The position numbers were made by a program, and so were the translations under genes. A model generated the notes under the pieces. It was not told the DNA's origin and did not search any database. It was given only the letters and a program-made list of their open reading frames with translations. This document shows, in pieces, positions 1 to 9,806 of a DNA stretch of 45,082 nucleotides. This stretch comes from Bigelowiella natans CCMP2755 (taxonomy: Eukaryota; Protista; Cercozoa): contig ADNK01002282.1 in assembly GCA_000320545.1 (NCBI GenBank), forward strand, positions 1 to 45,082, in the 5' to 3' direction. How positions within the stretch are numbered: position 1 is the stretch's first letter; the number at the start of each line of letters is the position of its first letter.

Positions 1-149
1 ATATATATATATATATATGTATATATGTGTATGCACATATACGCACCCACACACACACACACACACATCCGTGTCTGTCTGTGTGTGTGTCTCTGTCTCT
101 CTCTCTTATATCTCTCTATATATATCTATCACACACACACATGCGCGCG

Positions 150-195
<46 letters not shown>

Positions 196-226
196 AATAT
201 ATTATACATCATCGCATTTCTCACAC

Positions 227-1118
227 GTATAGCACTACCGAGAGGGTGTCGCAGAGCCGCAAATTCGCCTTTGAAGCAGCCTCCCTAGACGTGAATGCCA
301 AAGCAAAATGAACAATACACATATAGTCACATATATAAATATATATGTTTTATCTGCATATGATACGAGCGACTCTAAATGCCTCTTTAGATGCTTTAGG
401 CTATAATCCCTCGTATTCCCCTCTAGTATATCCGCAGCATTCAAGGAAACGCTCCCGTAATACGCTCTTGAACCTAATCGCCTTCTCGACGTCATTGTTT
501 CTCTTCGTCCTCGATATTATCAACGCCCCTTTTGGACAGGCAAACCACGGAAAACGACAACAAAACAACGATGACGATAAGCATGACCCCGCCAACGCAA
601 CGGTGCGGCCAGAAACAAACAAAACAAGACGATTAATCACAAGAAGGCCGCTCAGATTGCCCTGCGGCAGAAAGAATCCGCGTGGTTAACATCGTTGCAA
701 TGGCCTCTCTTCGAGCTATTATTGCCCATTGTTATTCAGGCGTAGCAGTTCATCATACACGATGCCTTCAGGAACGAATGCTCAATGTCAGCAGCAGAGT
801 GCGGCTCTATCTCCTGACCGTGAGGAGAGAGAAGGCGCGCCGCGGAGGTGAAGAATGGAATGGCGCTCATTTTCTACGAAACGACACACAGAAAGACAAG
901 CAGGTGAAACAGTCACGTGGGGGGTGGATTGGCAGATGAAGCATGGCATCGTCTTCTCCGACCGAGTATAAGACGTTTGAGCCAAGAACGAAGTCGAAAC
1001 CGGCCTGTTTAAGAGAGCAGAAGATGCATTCAGCAGCCGCAATACATAAGCATCATCATCCAAAACATGCGTAGCGTAGATACACGCAAGATTTCAACCA
1101 AACAGAGAATAAATAATA

Positions 1119-1157
<39 letters not shown>

Positions 1158-1870
1158 AAAGAGAGAGTAAAAAGGCAACTCACCGAGATGCAAGATTTCT
1201 TCAGATGCTCCTCATTGCCCCTAACCATTCAATGCACAGAATCATGCAAGTAACGCCACAACAATCTCAGGAAATGCTAGTACGCTTTCCGAGAAGAAAA
1301 GGCGTTTGTTTTTCGAGTGTAGTTGCCCAAAACACGCTTGTGTAGAGATGATAGGGGGAAATGCCGGAAGGACCACTCAAGATGGCTGCAGGTGAGAGAC
1401 ACGAATCCTCCATCGTTGCGACCTTCACCAGCTCCTCTGAAATAGACCTGCGCGTTGAAAATCAGCATCGATCTCACCGCCGATCTCGCCAGAGCGAGTG
1501 AAGGGTGCTAAAGCTATGCAGATGAACGCGCGATGGCTAAGCTACTCGATTTGGATGTTTTCTACGCTCAACGGTATCACATATGTTGGCACTTGGCCGC
1601 TCTTTGACCTTGTTTCGAGCGATGTTTCGCGCGAGTAGACGTACGACTTTAACGTTGCCGTCAGTCAATACAACCGAGCTCATAGGCCCTCCATCTTTGG
1701 CGATTGAGGCCTTCCCTCCCCCCCCTTCCGTTCCTTCTGTCTTTGTTCTCTTTCGCCTTCGCTCGGCTCGATGCAGGCAAATGGAGGCGACCATACCCGC
1801 TAGCCCCACCCCTGCTCCTATCACCGTGAGTTACATATTAGGCTGTGAGCTTGTATCTTGAACGATGTAT

Positions 1871-1911
<41 letters not shown>

Positions 1912-4256
1912 TATAGATATTTATAAATATTTCATATCGATAGCAAAAACCTAGCTCAAGGACTTTGAGACCCCTCCCCCCCTCCACATGACTAGACTGC
2001 CTGCTTCTCTCCCCATCTTTGGGAGGGGATGTGGGAGGCGTGAGTTGGTCTTTCCATTCATTCGACAGCTGATTAAATCGCATATATTTATATTAGCAAA
2101 AACTAACAAATTCCGTTGCGAAATAGATGGTAGAGGGGCTGTGCAGCGTGTTTGCTATTTGTTGTATGTTTATAGTTTGGTTTATTCGTACTAATTTTGA
2201 AAGGCTCGGTAAGATATTACGTGTCAATGTGGAATAATTATTGTTAAAGGCATTGTTGCTGTGGTCGTTGTCTTAACTACAATTTCTATAAATTCTTTAG
2301 CTAAAGAGGATACTTAACGATTTAGGTATTTTTGGTGTTGTTGATATTGTGTGTACGTGATTGAGGATGTAAGATGCCAAGAGAAATGAGCCTCCCCATA
2401 CACTTTGTCCGCTATCGAATGCTGAGGATCAGATATATCACCATCGTTCTCTGAGAGAAAGGTCTATTCGAAATGAAAGCGAAGTAATAGTTCCAATAGA
2501 TGCGCACATGACAAAAACTAGCCATGTGGTTTCAGCAAGATACCAGGTGCAATCCTCGTCAAAATTCATACATCAAACCGAATGTAAATAACATGGTTTC
2601 ACACCGCCAATATTCTCTTCGTATGAACATGTGCGCGCTCAGGCATAATTGTGAGCTCTCTAGTTAAATCTCAAGGTCTTCTCGAATCGGCTGCTACTAT
2701 TCTCCCACTCTCCCATTGCGTACTGAATGTCTTTGGCTGTCGGTGCTCTAGTGAGATCTTCGCGATGTGCTAATAGCAAATTATTTCCCACAAGGAAAAG
2801 GATGACACGGTGCTCTTTCTCTACTGCTATTTCTTCGCTCTTGCTTGCAAACTACCTTCGCTTCGACTGTACCGCAGCGGATCAAATACTCGTAAATCGG
2901 GTGCTGGGGCTTGTGCAATGACGGTGCTGGCGACGACGAATCTTGCTCATTGCTTTCAGCAGGATTCTCGATCTGCTCGCAAACATCCGAATAAAAAGTG
3001 GTGCCACAGGTGACTCCCTGATGCAGGGCCATACATACGTTTTCGGAGCTTTGAACGCAAAAAAAGGAAATGGATTCGCCGCTTCGGAAAGGTGATACGG
3101 TGAGCAGTTGCCCTGCTGTGCATTAGAATGCAGGCAAGGGACGTCTCCAGTCACGCTCTTTTCATCGAAGTGCGGGCAATTTTGAATAGTTCTTCGGCGG
3201 AGCGCTATCGTATCGCCTCCCTCTCTTAGATTTTGGAGAGAAGGCGCTTTTATGTAGCTTTCGCTGCCTAGACTATCTTACCCAATAGAGAAGGGTTCCA
3301 TGTTTGAGACCGGCTTCCTATTTAAGAGTAATGGGGGGAGAGGGGGGAGGGGGTTCCGAGGAGAATCAATAAAGCGATAGAACGACGATACTGCATGAGA
3401 CCATCGAAGGAATAGTTGGAACTACAAAAAAATGGAAATGTGTAGATTTGGCACACTAGTGTATAGCCCTTGGTTCAATATTTATTGCGGCACATAAGAG
3501 CCCTATACCGATCACTTTCCACACCAGCCATATCAACCTACCTGGACTGTTTTCGTAGCCCCCCCGCTGCCAGGCGAGCAAATGCCCGATTGAAACGATC
3601 CTCCTGACATAAATACGGTCATGAATTGCCAACGTGCATGATGCATTAGCTATTTCCGAACGTCCGTCTCCCGATGGCCTCGAGCGCAAAATAGCAACGG
3701 AGCAAGCTGAGAGCCTGTTGTTATCAAAAGGAAAGCTCAAGTTTTCTCTCTGGACCTCCTTCCACCTAACGCCTTGGTTTAAGCATAATCAACCTATCGT
3801 CCCCTGTAGTCTTCTTTGCATCAGCGAAAGTTGAAGAGGAGGAGCCCTGAATTTTTAAATCGTTATAATGAACTATGGGCGTTGTACCCTTGGGGCGTTT
3901 GTTAGTTGTCATCATAACGAATGCTCACCTTCGTTAGCAGCCTTTCCAGCACCTAACCACCAAAAGGGTCAGCTATACGATTATACAAACGCCCAAACTG
4001 AGCATTGTTGTAGCAAAAGTGGATTGGGGTGAATCTTACTCGACTCTTCAGATCTGCCAACGTCTCGCTCGCTCGAATCGAAATCCTTCGCAAAACCATA
4101 ACTCTTCGTCAGCGGAGTACGTTCACCAAACCCCGTGCATTGCAAATGGAACTTTCCACGATACCTCATGGTCCCCGTGCGTCCCTGAACTCGAATGGTG
4201 ATTTGGTCGGCGGGCGCAGAACCGCTTCCCAGCCCCCCCCGCCCTGCTCTCTTCAT
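227..4256 (-). CDS. Multi-exon gene: N-terminal Npl4/UBX-like ubiquitin-fold domain fused to a METTL21/Methyltransf_16-family protein lysine methyltransferase; 3' end probably runs off the window start
   Basis: ATG at 4256. Spliced exons give ITIRVQGRTGTMR|ISIRASETLADLKSR|...KTVQ|EAGLKHGTLLYW (3282-3317), resembling the Npl4 UBL. Methyltransferase motifs follow: VWGGSFLLASY (~2360-2402), KVLELG|AGVGLAG (GT-AG intron 1818-1950), VVLTDG..VVRLLARNI, HLEW|G, FDFVLGSNVLY (963-1004), GALIISRTKR. Some linking exons are uncertain. Confidence 0.75.
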
Positions 4257-4648
4257 TCGGATGAACGCTTCGGACCAGCGAATGCCTCGGATGAACTTTC
4301 CTAAAATAGTATTAGATATATCCTCGATAAAAAACGATCTAAAAGTACCTCCAAGTATCATAATATTTGGTACATAATTCGTGCCTAATTTATCGTAAAT
4401 AGTTGCACATACGCATCGCAACAATTTCTGCTTGAGACAACAACCAATAATCAACTCGAGGCCTCCTCCCCGGATCCCCCACCCCCGCGGGCTTGTACGA
4501 AAGAATCGGTCTTTCCGAGATGCGTCGTGGAAGGGGAGGCAACTATCAGAGCTTTGGAACAGGCTTATCAGGAAGGAGTGGCGGGAGAAATCACGCGCAA
4601 TATACTGCCACTTCCTCGGGCGAGGCTAGCGCACTTTCTGGTGCGCAG

Positions 4649-5922
4649 ATGAACGTCGAAGGAAGTGCAACTGCTGAGGACATCAAGGTTACTGGAGGCT
4701 CCCTGAAAAGGTATTACGCTCTAAATTAGCCCAAACGATGGTTGGTATGAAATGAAAATGAGGCCTGTCATCAGCTTACTTGTGTTGTGTTGATGTTTGT
4801 TTCCGCTGCGCTCGTTGGATATTTTACTTCACAGGAAAGGAGACTTTCTAGATGGCAAAGAGTGTTTTGAGTTCCTTCCCCTTGGCTCTGGCCAAGAAGT
4901 AGGGCGGTCCTGTCACGTGATAACGTATAAGGGGATCACCATCATGCTGGATTGCGGCATTCATCCTGGAATGAGCGGGAGAGGGTCATTGCCTTTCCTC
5001 GACAAGGTTGAGGAATCCAGCATCGATCTCCTACTCGTGAGTCACTTTCATCTAGATCACGCGGCTGCGCTGCCGTACTTTTTAACCAAGACCGATTTCC
5101 GCGGCAAGACCTACATGACGCCCCCCACCAAGGCGATCTACAAGCTGATAGTCGAGGACTTCATAAAAGTCTCCAACATCTCCGTTGCGGAGCGTGTCTA
5201 CGACGAAAAGGATCTTGCCAAGAGCATGGGCAGGATCCAAGAAATCAATTTCCATCAGTCGATTATCCACAAAGGCGTTAAATTCTCCTGCCTGCACGCC
5301 GGGCATGTGCTTGGCGCTGCGATGTTTCTCATCGAAATTGCGGACATTCGCATTCTGTACACAGGAGACTATTCCCGGGTTGAAGATCGGCATCTAAAGG
5401 CAGCAGAAATCCCGCAGGTGAAGCCGGATATTCTCATCATCGAGGCGACGTTCGGCGATATGATCGTATCGCCCATCAAAGAACGCGAGAAGCGCTTTGT
5501 AGATGCGATCAAGGAGGTCTTACGGAGGGGCGGGCGCGTGCTCATTCCGATGTGGGCACTTGGACGAGCGCAAGAGATACTGTTGATCCTGGAGGAGGCG
5601 TGGTGGAAGAACCGCGAGCTGCACAAGTTCCCGATCTTCTACACGTCGAGCCTCGCGCAGAAGTGCATGGACGTCTACAAGCACTACACCAACATGATGA
5701 ACGACCGTGTAAGGAGCGCCATGCAGAGCCGGAAGAACCCATTCGAGTTTCGGTTTGTCCAGCAGCTGCACCGCCTCGAGGACTTTGATGACCGGGGCCC
5801 TTGCGTTGTGATTGCGACGCCTGGTATGCTGCAAAGCGGGATTTCGCGGGAGCTATTCGAGCGCTGGTGCACGAATCCTGACAACGGAGTCATCGTAGCA
5901 GGGTATGACTGCCTTTTATTTT

Positions 5923-5984
<62 letters not shown>

Positions 5985-7706
5985 GTTATGTGTGTGTGTG
6001 TGTGGGGATGTGGAGGCGGGAGGGTGTTTGGTGTGTTTGTACTTCCGGCGAAAGGAGAGTAAGATTGTTATTCGCACATCTTTATATATTCCAGCTGATC
6101 TTATACATCGTTCTGAAGCACGTTTTCCTTTCCCCCCCTCTTCATCGCCATCAGTTTTACCGTGAACGGCACGCTGGCGAATGATTTATTGAAAGAACCA
6201 AAAGAGATCCACACGCTCGACGGGGCAGTGTTACCCCGTAATATTCCAGTCTACACGGTCTCCTTCACAAACCATGCAGATTACCCAGAGACTCGCGAAT
6301 TCATCCGCGCAGTTGAACCCAAACACATCATCCTGGTCCACGGTAAGGCGAACAAGATGGAACGCATGAGGAGGTCGCTCCTCGCCGATGAAGAAGAGCG
6401 GTTGGAAGCTTTACGTGTCGCGAAGGAGGAGGCAGAGGCGAAGAAGAAAAACGGCCAGCAGAAACAGCTTGGGCAGCCCCAGCAGCAACCGCATTGGAGA
6501 TGGAGAAAGAACTCGATGTTACTGCAGCAGCAGCAAGAGAAGGAGAAAGAAGAACTGGCGAAGAAGAAAGCTTCAGCCCCCCCCCCGCTCGATATCTTTA
6601 CCCCCGAAAACGGCTGCACGGTTAAGATCGAGATCAAGAGTCAGAAGATGGCACGAATTGTGAAGAAACTAGCCGAGAAAGATCCGGAAGATGGGGACCT
6701 TATCTCCGGCCTTGTTGTGCAGCGAGACTTTGAATACACCATCCTCGAGCCCTCCGATCTTCAAGAGCTCACGTCTCTCACTTCGTGGACAGTGGAGCAG
6801 AACCTTACAGTGCCTTTCCATCTGCGTGACGACCTGCTCGTATTCTTCATCTCCCGCCTCTTCAAGGTGGAGCAGCTTAACGGAGGAGGGAAGAAAAAGA
6901 AAGCGAGGAGGAGAAAGAGGAGGGGATCCGATGGGGCGCAGGAAGGAGAGGACGGGGACGAAGAGGAGGAAGAGGAGGAGGAGGAGGAGGAAGAGGAAGA
7001 GGACGGGGACGATGGACGAGACGAAAAGACAAATAAGGAAAATAACGATACGAATGACGGCCCTGCGCAAGACCCCATCTGGCTTGTACATGATGCTATC
7101 ACCGTATCCCGAACGGGGGAGAGCAAGGATCAGGTCCTTCTCCAGTGGGATTCGAATCCTATCAACGACATGCTGGCGGATTCACTAGTGTCGCTGCTGG
7201 TAAGCTGTACTACGGCTCCGGGCGCGGCCGCGCAGTTTCAAAATCGCTGCTGCGCTCTCAATCCAGTAGATGCGTTGACGGAGCGTGAGAAGAGATCGCT
7301 GGGGATTAAAGATGACCATCTCGGGATGAAAAAGGCGGGAAGTTTTGAGAAAAGCGAAGGAATGGACGCCGCCGTCCCCATGCCGGAAACAGCCGCCGAG
7401 TTTGAGAAGAGACTGCTGGCTTTCCTAGGTATGCACTACGAGAACATTAAAGTGAATAGCGGTGGTTCCAATACCAGCTTCGAGTTTTCCCTGAACGGAA
7501 AACAAGTCAGCATTGGTGTTCCCAAGCTTCACCAGCGGCAGCAGCAGCAGGGTGGAAGCAGTGACTCAACGACAATGACGCCAAGCGTCCGATGCGAGGA
7601 CGAGGAGATACGCACAAGAGTGGAGGCTGTTGTGTCTAATGCAGCCTTTTCGTTGTTACCTGCGCCGTGCGTCAAATCGGCTCACACTGCATGGGCCCAA
7701 ATGTAG
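4649..7706 (+). CDS. CPSF3: Cleavage and polyadenylation specificity factor 73 kDa endonuclease (MBL/beta-CASP); exons 4649-4710, 4835-5902, 6155-7706
   Basis: PLGSGQEVGRSC, DCGIHP, SHFHLDH (HxHxDH), HAGHVLGAAMF, YTGDYSR, ALGRAQE, PGMLQSG, NHADY, LVHG and the C-terminal CPSF73 motif QWDSNPINDMLADS. Two GT-AG introns restore the frame. Confidence 0.95.
5927..6003. repeat. (TA)n followed by (TG)n microsatellite in CPSF3 intron 2
   Basis: Direct inspection. Similar (TA)n/(CA)n runs occur at 1-191, 1124-1155, 1873-1906, 14275-14313, 22328-22359, 31179-31265, 35935-36023, 37154-37273 and 38385-38456. Confidence 0.95.
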
Positions 7707-9481
7707 ACACATCACAAACTCTTGCAGACTTGCATTTTGCGCTCACACATGTCTGGATGTGCGTGTCTGCAAGTTTTTTGCTACGATTTGCATGCCAAAA
7801 CAACAATGAAGCACTTTGTTCAACTGAATTGTGAGCACATCGCATTTCGAACACATGATCATGCATCGTTTGCTGGCTCATCCAGCATCGACGGCGCAAC
7901 ATTGAAACACACGCGCGCACACATGTCCAGGTGTGTGTGTCTGGTGCATGTCAAAAGTTGTGCGACTGAATGAATGCACATGCATGGCGTGAGCAGAGCG
8001 GCACGACTAGCGGGCGCCACCACAAGGATGAGCAGTTTGCAATGAGAATGGCACAGTGGCACACGACTGTGCAGCTAGCGGAGCGCAGAGGCGTTGGAAT
8101 CCGCGCACAGCTGGCAGAAGTCATGCAAACCTGCTCTCTGGCTCCACAGCTCTTTGCACTCACGTCTCTGGCTAGCTGGGGAAGGTGTTGAGGGCAACGC
8201 ACGTGAAGTTTCATCCCGACAAGTTCAAGTTTCCAAATCAAGACCAACTAGCCGAGCGTTCAAAGAACGAAGAGCTCTGCCATGCACTTGCACGAACCTT
8301 GCTTGCAGAGGTCGGTGAAGAAGTGAAGTGCACCCCGATGAAGGAAGACAACCAGACCTGCACCCACGTTGCCGAGAACCCTGAGGTCACTCAGAGAACC
8401 AAGGCGATCATGCGTGCGATGTCATTGTGTGCGCGTCATCACGTCAGAAATGGCCTGTTCAGGACGGAGTGTGTGCAGTCCAAGGTCACCAAGGAGCAAT
8501 CAGCAAACGTGCTCACAAAGTCTGCCACTCAAGGAAGGAATCGTGGAGCGATTCCGCGAGAGCACCTCAGTTGGGGGAAAGAGGTTTCGGCGGATGTTTC
8601 GATTGTGCATGCTCGCAGCAACAAGTGGTGCAAGTCGCGTCGAGGGGGAGCATCGAGTTCGACATTCGCAATGACTTCGCATCGAAGGGGGGCGTTGAGA
8701 TCGTGCACGCTCAGCACGCTTGTGAACACGTTGGTTTGGGCAGAGCCAGCTCGCCTGGTCAGGCAAAGTTGAAACGGAACTTGCACAACAAACTTCCACG
8801 CGGACAAGCAATCCATTCAGATTCACACGGAGGAAGGGCAAGCTAGCAAGCGTCCAACTGGCCCAAACTGCAGGCAAGTGTCAACAGCGACAAACGAGCG
8901 AATTGTCCAGTTGTCAGGACCTGAGCAAACGAAGCAGTTTCACAGGAGTGGTGTGGTTGAGAGGGTCACAGGTCACCAGGTCACGCTGACTCGTTCACAA
9001 ATTTGTCCAGAACAAGTGACACAAACGAACGGATGCGATGAAGAGCAGGCAGGTGCTCTGCAAGCAGTCGATGTTTGGCAACGGGGAAGAAGGTTTGGGT
9101 GCGCGCATTTTCCATGGAAGTGAAAGGAAAATTGACTGTGCGACACCTCCAGGTGCAGACATGAATCGCTGGATCGCAACGCTAGCTGGAACGCAGCCGG
9201 GAACAAACGTCGAAGGCTGCAATTCACCTTCCTTCAAAAGCACGCACGCCCGCATTGCACACACGTGTCTGCGCCCCTTGGTGTTTCTTCCATGAAATGA
9301 CTGACCCACACTCACATTGGATCCATCATCGGCGTGATCGGTCAGTGGATCCAGATTGTGCGTGGGAATCCATCGCAACATGAAGGCGGTTTTCTAGATG
9401 CGTCGAAGGAAAACCTGGGAAAAATGGGCCAATTCGGACTGCCATCCGCAATCGGGATGTGCGTGCAAATCTCAGTGTCGG
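7707..9481. other. TpA-depleted tract 1 (surviving TA almost only in CTAG)
   Basis: By-eye count: 8 TA in ~1.77 kb (7782, 8008, 8076, 8173, 8249, 8844, 9183, 9395), 7 of them in CTAG. Confidence 0.9.
8278..8700 (+). mobile_element. Degenerate Ty1/copia LTR-retrotransposon fragment (RNase H C-terminus plus polypurine tract)
   Basis: RTLLAEVG..TPMKEDNQTCTHVAENPEVTQRTKAI / VRCHCVR / HHVRNGLFRTECVQSK..EQSANVLTKS matches the copia RNase H consensus (DNQ..I..A.NP..H.RTKHIDIRYH.VR...G.....Y..S..QLAD.LTK). It is frameshifted. Purine runs GAGGGGGAG (8642) and AAGGGGGG (8685) are PPT-like. Confidence 0.85.
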
Positions 9482-9806
9482 TATTACTCGCAGCGATAAG
9501 AGTCAGTGCTGTCAGGTTTTCCCAGCCCTTTTTTTCTGATTCGTGGCTCAGAGCGAGCGTTTTGGCCACAAACGCCCTGCGTTCCAGCCCGCTGCCTCAC
9601 AGGGGAGATTGAGCGACAAATCACAGGAGAGCAAGGTGATCAGAAGTGCGAGGAAGCTCCTCGTCCCTCCCCCGCCTTCGAACTCATTCCAGTGTAAGAA
9701 CTCTAGCTTGAGACCGCCATTCGCCTTGGATGTGGTCTATCTAAAGTGCATTCATTGGATTCTTGATGAGAAATCGACGCATTGTGGTTGTTGTTCTTAG
9801 CTAACG

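Noticed and set aside
25-311. Many ORF-track entries with YIYI, HTHT, CVCV, poly-S/H/M translations throughout the window
   Set aside because: They are translations of intronic microsatellites, not proteins.
3264-3301. Possible separate ATG at 3301 with an 18-nt nucleomorph-sized intron
   Set aside because: Better explained as internal exon 3282-3317 (EAGLKHGTLLYW) in another frame, with a normal-length intron.
6669-7188. Long antisense and alternative-frame ORFs over CPSF3
   Set aside because: Shadow ORFs of a GA-rich, low-complexity coding region.
7707-9481. Classical fungal RIP or CpG-methylation decay as the cause of the odd composition
   Set aside because: RIP creates TpA and removes CpA/TpG. 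Here TpA is lost while CA, TG and CG are abundant.
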